A DNA stretch of 60,211 nt, counting the filler, from Sphacelaria rigidula (lineage: Eukaryota), in NCBI GenBank assembly GCA_964200075.2. It is 10 parts of 10 records of this genome, joined end to end, with 100 filler letters (N's around TTAATTAATTAA, not from the genome) between each part and the next. Parts side by side here need not be neighbours in the genome. Positions count along the whole stretch, not along the records: positions 24,126 to 30,056 come from CAXNAA020023392.1; positions 30,157 to 36,087 come from CAXNAA020023393.1; 8 more parts are not named here. One strand, given 5' to 3'. Below are positions 24,126 to 35,552 of this stretch, in pieces. Every line of letters starts with the position of its first letter. Position 1 is the first letter of the stretch. Below the pieces are notes generated by a model, which worked only from the letters and a program-made list of their open reading frames with translations, had not been told where the DNA came from and made no database searches. The position numbers and the translations under genes are program-made.

Positions 24126-25304
24126 CCATGGGTCCCAAGATATAGAGTTTTTTCCGCCAGGTGCCTTGAGCGTATCTTAATTGGTACATTTCCCTCTAAA
24201 GTGTAAAGAAGACGACAGGAACACACTGAAAAACAGCACAACACGGAGGTTGTTGTACGAGTATTTTTGACACGGCATGATACAACTGCACTTCGTAGTT
24301 TTATTGAACAGCAGCACTGCTGTACTGTACAGTACCTGTGCAGGAGTACACTTGAGGCAGTACATCCCTGACAGGCAAACGCACGCGCAGTAATTAAAAA
24401 AAACATGAATAGCAAAAAGAACAAAAGGCGGGACAAAGCGGGACAAGAAAAAGGAGCGCTCACCTCTGGAAAATCCCCCGGGCGATTTGACTTGCGAGTG
24501 CCCCGTGCTGTGTTGGCCAGCTTTTCGATGTCTTTCCTGTTGTGCTTGATGCTCTGGATCGTCCGCACCGCGCACTTGAACCGCTCAGCCACCATTTCTT
24601 GAAAGGTCCCGTTGTCCAGCTCCGCGAAAACGGCCGTCTTCTGCGCTACAGAGAGCGGCATACGCGGGGCAGTTCTGTCCGCTTTCTTTCCCTCTCCACC
24701 TTCTTTCCTTTTGGGTTCGCTTGCTGCGTTCGCTTGCGCTCTACGCTTGCCCGCCGCAGCCTTTGAGGCAGCCCCAGCGGATCGCTTGGAAGCGCACATT
24801 GGGCAGATACGGTAGAGTACGCTCTAATCCTCTTCCTCTTGTTCACCGCACACGCCATGAGGCCGACCTCCACAACCTCCACGACACCCATGACCTTGAC
24901 TGGGTCCGAGACTCTGGTTGGGGATCAGGCAGAGCTCTCCTGCTGTACAGGGCGTCGTGTAGTAATCCTCTACAACCTACAGCTCTGTTGTGGATAGTAG
25001 GGGTACAGTACAGCAGTATACTGTACAGTAGATGGTAGCTGTTGCTCTGCGTGTCTGGTACGGGTACAGCGGTACTGTACTGCTGTATGTGTGGGGGAAA
25101 CGTGTGAACTGTGCGTGTTTTACAGCCTTTGCAGCCGAGGACCCGCACTATGTAGGTCTCACAGTGGTCCATATACGCTCTCGACGGTGCCCATTATAGT
25201 GCGGCACCCGCACTAAACCGGGATTCGTCTGTGACAAGCGATTTCAGCCGCATGAAACCAGGCAGGCGCACTATATAACCCGCACTATACAGGGCCACCT
25301 ACTG
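24126..25304 (-). mobile_element. 5' part of a pogo/Tigger-type DNA transposon; transposase exon ~24464-24976 with a PHD-like finger and CENP-B-type HTH
   Basis: Terminus TA|CAGTAGGTGGCC at 25304. Frame: CTAGELC..HGCRGGCGGRPHGVC..*..RICPMC...LSVAQKTAVFAELDNGTFQEMVAERFKCAVRTIQSIKHNRKDI..RKSNRPGDFPE|gtgagc. Confidence 0.8.
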
Positions 25305-25539
25305 TACTATTATTGTCATCATCAATCATCAAATGTCTCATTAGCGTAAGTTTCTCTCCGCTCGATACCCAGATCAGTACATTTACGTCCGACGTTTCAT
25401 ACTTCATCCAAGTAAAAATAATCTTTTTCGGTGAATGTTGTTAGAAGTCGCTCGGATGATGGAGGTACTCCTCACGATCACCTTGCACTTGTAGGCAGAA
25501 ATATTGCCAGCGCCTAACAGTCAAGTTCTTCGTGATCTC

Positions 25540-28500
25540 TCACACCAGGCCGTGACTGCATCAGAAAAGCTCGTTCGTTATGTACAACGGATTGCCTTGT
25601 GTCCAGGGCGCTTCCGATTTCAATTTATTGCGGTGTTTGTGACGTTGCGGTCTCGGATTTCGGCGGTGGAACCAGAGTGGTCTCGACTGCGCCCTTCTAC
25701 TCTAAAATTAAGGTCTACCCGTGACTTATTTGGTGTTCACACGTGGTATCTATCTCCTTAAGGTACGTAATGGAGGGACAGATAGACTCGTTTCAGTACC
25801 AAAACGCCCAGGCATTATTACGTGAATGCTTGATCTCGTGTCTTGTTCAAATCACGTGTTTCATGCTAATATTAAAAACGGCCTGTACTGCAGTATGGTT
25901 GAGTCCTTGCGTTCCTTGACAAAAGCACTACGCCGCCCGTACCTCGTACACAGTTCATGATAACCAGAGCATGTCGGTGCCGTTTATATCATGCATATCC
26001 GTTTTTGAACTGGTACGGTCTACTATTTGGTACAGCACGCAGCATACGACAGTACTAGACCAAAAACAACTGGTTCACCACATCTCCAAGTGCAACAACG
26101 ACGGACTCGCTGGCATCTCTTCTGCGTGTTTTCGAATAAATCGTGATGAAACATGAGGAGCAATGCCGCGACGGGCTGCCAAAGGGGAGTACAAGGCTGT
26201 AGTGCACAAGCGCGCTGGCACGATGTCGGCAACACGGATAATCACGCACGCGCCAAGCACGCGATGCGTGTAGCGCGCGTGCTGCTCGAAAATAACGCGC
26301 TCTGCGCTTTTAATTTAGTTCAGCGTGCTTTTGAATTCAACGCAGAGGTTATCCTATGCGTATGGGGCCGACACTACGTACCAACCGCAATGTGACGCGT
26401 TCGGCGGTACTACCTGCTCACTGCACAGCGGTAGGGTGCAGGGTGACAAAGCACACCGAAGGACGTGACACCCTACGCCTATCCCTGTCCTGCATTGATT
26501 TCGCGTTGTCCTACGCGGTTCGCCACATCATGAACGCACTCGCTTGTGTCGCGGCCAACGTGTACGCAGGATATCGCGCCTCGCTACGCGCTACAGTATA
26601 TCGCTACGTCACATTTTGTGAAGCTGTCCGTGTTGCAGCTACAGTGTGCGTTTGCTCCAGGTGGCGCACGCAGGAGTGAAAGACCGTCTGCGCCGCTTTA
26701 ATGGCTGCCTGTATTCTTGGGCGAAGCTGTACGGTAACACAGCCGCGGCTGGCGCACCCACATATACTGAAAGGTGGAGACCGGCGTCCAGAATAGATGG
26801 GACGACAACACACACAGCACACTGACTTTGCGTAGTACACTTTCAACATCGTGTTCGTACTGACTGTAGGAATCTTCTGTCCACGGTTGGGTGCATTTTC
26901 ATATATAATGCAGGGTTTGGTACATCTCGACTTATAATGTAATGGAGCGTCTGGTACGTTTCCACCTGTACATGTATGTCACGCGGTGATATCGAGAAAA
27001 AATGCGTAACATCTGGGCGAACTGCAGGTGAAGCAATCGCCGAAATATTTACCTAAGAACTCTGCTCTAGTGCACTGTAAGTTGACATCGCTAGAAGAAC
27101 ACTACCATAACCACCTTGCCGGCTGCCAGACTGTCACAGACTGTCAGGGCGTGAGATCCGCTGGCATTGCTACTGTCTGTACGGGGGTGTTGCCCCATTG
27201 TCAAGTACGTTTTGGAGCATGATACTAGATGTAGATCGTCCTTCATTGTACATGGGCACCAAACGCTGGGGTTTCGCACTCAAGACTTCGATTCGGAGGA
27301 TGATACTACGTGGGCAGCAGCAACTGCTGAGTGTCCAGGTGCCCCTCGGAGCAGGATGCGTTTGTTGTCTGTTTGACGAAGTTATCCCCCAAAAAATCGA
27401 AATCGACAGGGGTTCTGGAGTGGAACAATCTATCGAATAACAAATCGCAAGAATCGGATCGCAAGAATCAGGTCGCAGAAATCCTGACGCAAAAACGGAG
27501 TCGCGAAAAACCAGCGAGTCGAATTTTCACCAGTAGCAGAAACCAACTTCACTTTGTGAAATTGGAATGGTGGCGACGCGTTCGACCCCATGGCACGTGG
27601 GTATCTTTGGTCAATTCAGGAGCGATACGCTTTTCAAGCTCCGGAGGCTAAATCATGCGGTTCGAGGTAGTCAACGTCAGGCCAGAAAGCGTTTCGGGTG
27701 AGAAAAAATTTGCGTCTCGGTGAAGTCCTGCTGTTGAACGAAATCCCTGGATGTGTGCGACTCTCGACGATGCGTCATGCTCACCGGTATAACCGATGCC
27801 CTTTTGGGTGACTGTGCGCCCAAATGCCACCGGTATCATATGCCACGAAAATTGTGGAGCCGACCACCAACGAACAGGTGCACAAAGCGCCGCTACCGCT
27901 GTCCTCCAGGCCGCTGTTTGAAGGATTCCTGGGGTGCAAGGGTGTGAGATTCAGTCGGGAAGCGTTACCACCTCCGCGTACAAATCTGAAGATGTCAAAC
28001 CTTCGTCAGAGAAATACGGACACATCTTTGTCGACCCCCCACCAAGCGGGAACGACAATTCGACACAGGCGGAGGGAAGGATTAGCAGCCCCGGACCCAA
28101 GTGCCCATCTTAACCCGTGTGGTGAATCACCTTGACATTGATTGCTCCGTTGTGCGTGGCGGCGTCCAACCAGAGCTTGCCCTGATGGTGGGGGACAAGT
28201 CTACCCATGACACGTGATGTTCGTGAGTAGTCTCGATACATTCCATTCTGCCACGATCAGTACCGCCGGGGCCTGCAGTGTTTTTGTTGAAGACACGGTG
28301 CGTGTCTGCGTATGCTCCTATTGGTGCTGCCTTGGTAATCCGGAAAACACGAGGGATACTATCTAGCCATACCCTCCCCAGCTCGTCATCTTCGTCGACC
28401 TCGCTGTCACTGTAACCCGCCCAAGGTTCGACAGGTGAGACCACAATAGCACCGAGATATATACCCGCAGGTCCGACTTGATTTGATCCGAGCTTGTGAC

Positions 28501-29740
28501 CTGACAACCACGTTGCACAACAGATGCAGATCGCAAACGTCGAGTATTTTCCGTGTGAGTTGATCACACTTTAAAGACCGACAAGCGTGTTCCGACACGA
28601 ACGTGGCAAACGGTACGTGGTGTTCGTCACGCACGGCCATGCAAGTGGACGATGAATCAGCCAATAACTACAGTGTACTTGTAGCAGCGCCAGGTGGTGT
28701 AGACTTGTCCACCCTGAGGCATATCGGACGTGTACGGTGTGCTCCACATTTTTATGGCCTCAACGTGGGCGAAGCCTAGGAGCTAGTGTATGCTGCGCAC
28801 CTTGTATTCAGTGCAGGACCGGAAGCATACGAAAAAGAAAAAAAAAACGCTGGATAATTCACGTTGTTAGTTACATCTTCACGGCCGGCTGTAGACACTT
28901 GCCGGGCGCTGAAAAGTATTACCTGTGCTGACCCGCCTGCACGTTCCCGTCGCAACGTTGACCACGGACAGCCCGGACTGAGACGAAGGTGATTGTCCCT
29001 TGTTATACCGGTACTTGTTGGGCACGGTCACGTACACGCGTCCAACACCATCAGAGCCGACATCATGTGAAACCACAGAGGCAGCTCCGTCGTCGCCATT
29101 TACCGGTGGACGGTACCTTTTTTGAAGCCAACGTTTCGGGCGACGATATCATCGGTAAAACAAATCAAGTCTAGACACCAGCAGCGGCCTCGCTAACGGG
29201 GTGTTGTGTCACCGTAAGTGAACTTCGATGGTGGCAATTGGTTGCTGCTTTGTATATGTAATGGCATCACCTTTGGTCAAGCAGATGTAAGCAACCGGGC
29301 GAGCGGATACCATCAGTTCAAATTCAAACTCAGTCGCCCGCAATATTTATATCCTACTCGCATGCGGTGTTGGGACCGCCATTGGGATAGTCAAGGTACA
29401 ACTTCTGGCCTGATTTTTCATCAACTCCAAAAACAAATGGCGATTCCAAAACGAAAAGTGCGACCGCATGTACACGTGCGCTGTGTCTACAGCTGGGGGT
29501 TTCTTCAGAGAACAAGAGGCTTATGAAGCAAGCCGACAACACCAAAGAGACATGCTCGGTGATCCTTTACAAATGACGAATAAAGCCTTATGCCCATGAG
29601 AGCAACTCGGTCGCCAAGGGCACACACGTAAAACAAGACATGAAACATATTTTCACTTCACGATGACCACGCAGAACATACGTCGGATACCTGTTCGATT
29701 TGCAACATATGCGCTCATCATAGGTGAAACAACTGTTCCA
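25540..29740 (-). mobile_element. Highly decayed KDZ (Kyakuja-Dileera-Zisupton)-like transposase region
   Basis: Ordered motif remnants: Cys/His-rich upstream part, GYTGEHDA..FFSPET, EMW*TSCFW..MLRAVP, RHALVIMNCV, GVVLLSRN.GLNH, KHVI*, AWAFW, NTAIN*NR; many frameshifts. Confidence 0.45.
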
Positions 29741-29994
29741 GCGTAGGTCGGGCAGGGTATACCCTATAACCGGGTTTATAGAAAAGTCGTACTTGGAGTA
29801 CTCAAACATCGGGTACAGTATTGATATCGTACCCAAACCACCCGAAAATTGGATAATTATTCAAACACCGTACCCAACTCTGCTCAAATGTTGGGTAGGG
29901 TATTGATGTCTTATCCACGTGATACCCTATACCCAAGTATTGAAATCGTTCCCAAGTCTACCCAATATTTGGATAGAGCATCACCACACCGGTC

Positions 29995-30056
29995 GCCCCG
30001 GTGGCTCAGTTGGTAACCTCGTATCCTTCTGATGGTTGAATTGGGGGGTTCGATTC
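29995..30056 (+). mobile_element. tRNA-like Pol III head (probable SINE 5' end), truncated by the contig end
   Basis: GCCCCGG-TGGCTCAGTTGG (A box)...GGTTCGATTC (B box); no convincing anticodon arm. Confidence 0.55.
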
Positions 30057-31582
30057 NNNNNNNNNNNNNNNNNNNNNNNNNNNNNNNNNNNNNNNNNNNN
30101 TTAATTAATTAANNNNNNNNNNNNNNNNNNNNNNNNNNNNNNNNNNNNNNNNNNNNCCGTCTCCAAAGGGATGCGTGGTCAACGGTCAAATTCCTAAGGC
30201 AAGCAACAAATGAGTACGCCCCCCCCCCCCTCCCCTTCTTTACGCCCCCCTTCTTCACCTGCCCATGAGCCAGTGTGTAAGCCGTGGCTGTCTTTGTCAG
30301 AGGCAATACCAGAAAATCAAGCAACTGATTGGAAGCCGTCATCCGAGCGCAAGATATCTAGTAGGCTTCGGGTCGAACAATCTTAGCAGGATGCAGCTCA
30401 CCCTTCATGCGACTCGCAGAGCACACGACGGCGCTTCGCGCTTGGTGATTTACTGCGAGCCTGGCCCGGCAAAAATCCGTCGTGCTCAGTCCCGTCTTTG
30501 GAGGGATGCCAAGTCAATGGCCATGTAACTATGGCACGCAAGATCATGAGTACACAGCTCCCCCTCCCATGGCGGGGTCACTCATATCTATAACCACGTA
30601 AGGACAGCGAACGCACACTTTACTAGAACATAAACAGGACTTCACGTTTGTTCACCTCGAGGACGTATATGTTGTGACCACGCCGTGCGTCGGACGGGAT
30701 CAGTTGATTTTCATGTGCGGCAGTCAAAATTGAGAATGTCAACAAGGTAGCAACGACTACGCCAGTAAAATGCTGATGCCACAAAACGTGTTTCCTGTTA
30801 TTTAGGTGTTAACGGTGCCTTAGCCTTTCCCATTTGTTCATACTTATGCGGTACTGTGCCTTTGTTTCCTACAATTATTGCCGCCAGGTCAACTATGTGC
30901 ACTTTCACAAAATACATATCAGGGGTTGGTTGACCGACGTTACCTGGAAACGGTTGTAGAAAAGTTATTACGAAGTGATCACCACGCGGCAGCATATGGT
31001 GTGATGGCACTTTTTCTAGTTTCTGACGGTACTGTCTAGGTACTCTGGTACATACCGTTTTTTGCAGCCAGCTCAACTGTTTGCGCTTTCACAAAATACA
31101 ATCTGGGGGTTGGTCGAAGCTACTTGAAAAAGATGTGTATAATATTCCGAAAGAGGCATCGTACATCAGCATTTTATGTATAGATGTCATCCAAGTTCGA
31201 CGGAAAAGTCGATTTTGGTTGCTTTTTTGCTATGAAATGAAACAATAGGTTTCACTGAAAGTCCATGTTGCTTATTTGGTGTTTGTTGCGACAGTATGAT
31301 TTCATGTCACACTTTTATTTTGATGTACGCGATACGCTTATTTCATGGTGGTGATAACTCGTGTTTTCTACCGGTTCCATTCCACGTAATGACACGTTCC
31401 CTGCAAACGTATCAAAATCAAGGTAAACATGGAACAAATATGTATCAGCATTGCCCCCCCCCCCCCCTCCACAAGCTAACGCCCGACTCGCGCCCAACGT
31501 TACAGCAGGTTGACTTATGAAGGCCATTGTTTTGGTCCTCGCTGCGAATATTTACAATGCGTGATGCCCGGCACTACTGCAG

Positions 31583-31727
31583 GTCGTCATCGCCTCGGTC
31601 GGGGGGCGGGGGTAACGGTGGTGTGCTAAAACGGAGCGCGGCTCACTTGGCCAATTTGAAGCGTGCTAGGATTGACGACGATGAGGACGATGGGGAGGCC
31701 ACCGAACCACCTACTAGTGATGAAAAG
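31583..31727 (+). CDS. Exon of an unknown low-complexity protein
   Basis: tgcag|G...AAG|gtaggc; SSSPRSGGGGNGGVLKRSAAHLANLKRARIDDDEDDGEATEPPTSDEK; ends in phase 0. Confidence 0.6.
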
Positions 31728-34700
31728 GTAGGCCCTGTTTCTGTGTCGCAGTCGGGTAGCAACAGTAGACTTCACCACTTGGTAGTTCAAGATAGTTCTC
31801 GGAAATTTTCGGCTTGTGGGCAAGTGCAGCATTGGATTTTAGTGTAGACACCGAAATCCGGAGCTTTGATGGGGGCTGTGCTCCTAGCGTGCGTAGAACA
31901 CGTTTTTGTCGAAATCGGCGCCTGGGGCGCCGACTTGAGCTCTGGCAACGCGCACTTCGCCTAAGGAACACGTTGCACCCCCCTGGCGCGAGGGTTCTCG
32001 GTATGTCTTCGTTGGGGTAAGGGTTAGGGTTAGGGTCAGTGCTATTTGAAATTCATCAGCACCTGCGCAAACCATAAATTTCCGAGAAAATTTGTCAAAT
32101 ACTGAGTAGTAAAGTCACCTCGGTAGCAAACGCCTGACTTTGATTGTTTAGCGCTGTTGATTTGATTCGATCGCCGAAGAATCATAATCCAGCCGTCTTT
32201 CACAAGCTAGTCGTACCCAAGGTGAACAAATCAGAAACGCTTGCTGATGGAAACGCCAGGAGGGGAGAAGACCAAGAGAGAAATATGGTACAAAACACGA
32301 GATGTACAATCGAAACAGGAAATGAAAAAAAGTTCAGAACGGAAACAGGTTGTGGGCGGGTGTATTCACTTGGGGTAGTGACGAACGCAAGTTCTCGATT
32401 TTGTTCATCAGCAAGGCCCCTCACTGCCTCAAGATTCCGTTTTACCGGAACAAGTCGATGAGATGTTTCTGGTCGCGCAATATTCCGCGGCTTGGCTGCC
32501 GCAGTCGGTGATAAAAACGAGGCCAGATTTCTTCTTGTGGCACCCAGTGATACACTCTGGAAGATGACCTACGTTACTGTTTGGCGGACCAAAAAAGTAA
32601 TTTAAAGGTACAGTTAGCTGCAGTTCTGGGCCCTGCCAATGGATGAAATGCTGCCCCTCGCATTTTTGGTGTTTTTTTCCAGACTCGACCGAAAAAATCG
32701 AACGAGCCAACCGCAAATTGGAGCTCTTGAACTTGTCACGCATACGCATTTACATGATGAACAACCTCGTTCGCCACGATTTAGTTTATAGTTTCACGGA
32801 AATACGGTGGTTTTGCACGCCAGAGAGTAGAAATGTCTTCCGGTCCTAAACCGCTGACATGGCACCATTGCAGTACTCATGTAACAGAACTCAGCGTAAC
32901 GTTGGTGGGGGTGGCCTTGGTTGTTGTATAACCGGAGATGTGATCCGCGATGATGGGCTGTACATTGCGACAACACATTTTTATATATCTCAAACAAAAA
33001 TTCACGTATGGGAAAACATGGGAACGTGCTTAGCCATGTTCTAAATTTGAGTGGACGACCAACAGCCCACAAAAGCGGCTGGACATTGAAAAAAGCGTAC
33101 ACGCGCGCCCCCCGCGCACTCTGCGGCTTTGAGATTTGATAGTTGCACAAGACACCTCCTGCTGGCACATCGACATCACCCATGCGATAGATACAACGTA
33201 GTTTGAGATTAGTGGCTTCACCTTCGCAGATAAATAACCGCAGGTCTGGTTCGCTACGATAGTTGAAGCAGCGGCACCCTTTGGTGGTGAGGGTAGATCG
33301 TTCGGGTCTAATGGTCATCATTTAATGAAAATGATGTCGATTAAACAGGTGGTCCACCCCTGCGCGGTCCACCGTCCACAAAAACGATCGGACACGAATA
33401 TAAGAATCACGCCTACATGTTCCCGTGCACTCCTGCAAGTCTTTTGAGATGTGGAATTTCTACACTACGAAACAAAGTCGACTCAACGGTCGACGAGGGA
33501 AAGGGACTGCCGGACCCCTCTCGCGAGAAAAAATAAAGGCAAGCACCGCAGAAGGAAGGTGGAGTAATAAAAACAAACGAAAAAGCAAAGAACTCATGTG
33601 TTGACTTTCCTCCTGTTTGACCCCGGCTGGTGCGCCCACATATACCGGAAGGTGTAGACCGGCGTCCAGAATAGATGTGACGACAATACTACATCTCCCG
33701 CTGCCACACTATTATAGAATCACCAGTGTTATGCAACGTGGTATGAGATTCATGGGTTGTCTACTACACGGCATATTACAAGGGATATATCTGGTTCACA
33801 ACGATGACGGCACACCATAGGAGCAAGATGTTTCTGATGATGTGAGCAAAGCTGAGATGCATGTCTTTTTCCAGGTCTGTCACGCATACAGTTCTCCGCG
33901 TTGTGGGCATAAATCTGTGTATAAACTGAGCACAGAGGAGACCAAAACAACATACCGCTGGGGCGTTTTACTCGGAACATTGTATCCTTCAGCTTTTCCG
34001 CTGGTTTCGAGGACGTCCGATTCGGAACGATTCACATCTTGAAAGACAAGACAAGTATTTCGAGCGGATGGTTGCGTTATGCTCTCCGTGAGTTGATCGA
34101 TTCCCCTGTGTAAAATGCACTTTTAAAATCCATTAAAGAAACACTGCCGAAGTACAATATGTGTTGAAAGTATGGCGTTTTTTTACCCTTGCGTTACCGT
34201 CGTGGAATTCAGATAAAATGCTCACTTTACACCTCCGACCTGACCGACGCCTATCCGGAAGCGGCCGCGCCTTCGACATTAGCCAAATGATCGCCAGGAT
34301 GTGCATTTGCTCGCACCTGCGATCTCTTAGCTCTCTGTATTGTAATCAAATGAGTAACTACTTCACGCCAAGGCCTTGAGAAACAAATTAGGGGGCGTTT
34401 TTGATGTGGTCGCTGGGATGCTCTTGACAGCGCCCGGGATAAAGGGGTGCCAGATGTCCAGCTAACGGTGGGGAAACCATCACAGTGCCGTCCCCTGAAG
34501 TGCAAGATCATCCGCCGTGCCAATATCAAATATTGCACTCTAGAATATCTGTATTGTGCGGGGTCCCAGCATTGTGCGGTCATACAGGGTTGCTGACCCG
34601 CCGCACTATGCTGGAAGTCCCACTGTACCGCATTTCTCGAAGTCTTGATTTTGGCGATCTTGGAGAGAGGAGAAGAATATACAGCTCGTTTGTTTGACTA

Positions 34701-34790
34701 GCCATGCGTTGGAACGTTTTTCTGGCCCCTCGTGCACGTTAGTTGACAGAGATACATATTCTCTGATTCTTGGTGTTTGTTGTTGTGCAG

Positions 34791-35552
34791 AAGCAGAAGA
34801 TGGGCCTGGCCTCGAAAGTAGCGAAGGGTACGGCTCGGAAAGACCAAACAGAGCCCCCAGCGGTGGGAGAAAACAGAGGGTCAGCCGCGGCAACACTGCC
34901 CCCAGAACAGTCCAGGAACACATCACCACGAGCTGCTAGGAGCAGGAACGTGGCATCAATACCAACAGCAACAGCAGGGGTCACCCCGACATCCAAAAAC
35001 GTCGCGGCGTCAGCCGAAAACGGGGAAAGTACAGCAGGAGCAGCAGCAGCAACGACAACAATGGTGACAGCATTGGCTGGTGGTGAAAAGACAAGAAATC
35101 CAGGAACCACTGCTGCTGCTGCTGCTGCTGCTGCTGCTACTGCTCCCGCAAAAGCAAGGAGTACAACGCCGTCGGAAAAGCCTAAAAACGTAGCAGCTGA
35201 AAGAGCTATAAACCCAGCAGCAGCGGTGGTAACGACGACGACGATTGCTACAGCAAAATCCAAAAGCACAACAGCACCAGCCGAGAAGCCCAAAAACACA
35301 GCAGCCGCTGGAAAAGGCAGATCGGCGATGGGAGTAGGAGTCAGGGGAAGGGGAGGGGGGCTCGGCCGGGGGGCAGGGAGCAGGGGTCGAGGGGCGGGCA
35401 GGGAGTGTGTAAGTGGCGACGTGGATACACCCAGTGTTGAAACAGGCAGGCGTAAAAGCTCTCGGACAAGGAGACCGAAGGTCATGGCAGGCGGCAGGGA
35501 TGAGGAGGATGCCGAGGATGACCACGACGGCGAGTGTCGTGCTTCAATCTGA
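34791..35552 (+). CDS. Large exon, Ala/Thr/Lys-rich with an RGG-like tract (probably the same gene as 31583-31727)
   Basis: gtgcag|AAG in phase 0; ~250 open codons; duplicated EKPKN motif and GRGGGLGRGAGSRGRG. The 3' end is uncertain: stop at 35552 or a GC donor near 35530. Confidence 0.65.
   Translation, partial: KQKMGLASKVAKGTARKDQTEPPAVGENRGSAAATLPPEQSRNTSPRAARSRNVASIPTATAGVTPTSKNVAASAENGESTAGAAAATTTMVTALAGGEKTRNPGTTAAAAAAAAATAPAKARSTTPSEKPKNVAAERAINPAAAVVTTTTIATAKSKSTTAPAEKPKNTAAAGKGRSAMGVGVRGRGGGLGRGAGSRGRGAGRECVSGDVDTPSVETGRRKSSRTRRPKVMAGGRDEEDAEDDHDGECRASI

Noticed and set aside
32018..32037. Telomere (TTAGGG repeats)
   Set aside because: Only about three units, internal to the contig; similar short motifs occur inside other repeats.
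34739..35525. Long hydrophobic minus-strand ORFs (248 and 171 aa)
   Set aside because: Antisense shadows of the low-complexity plus-strand exon.
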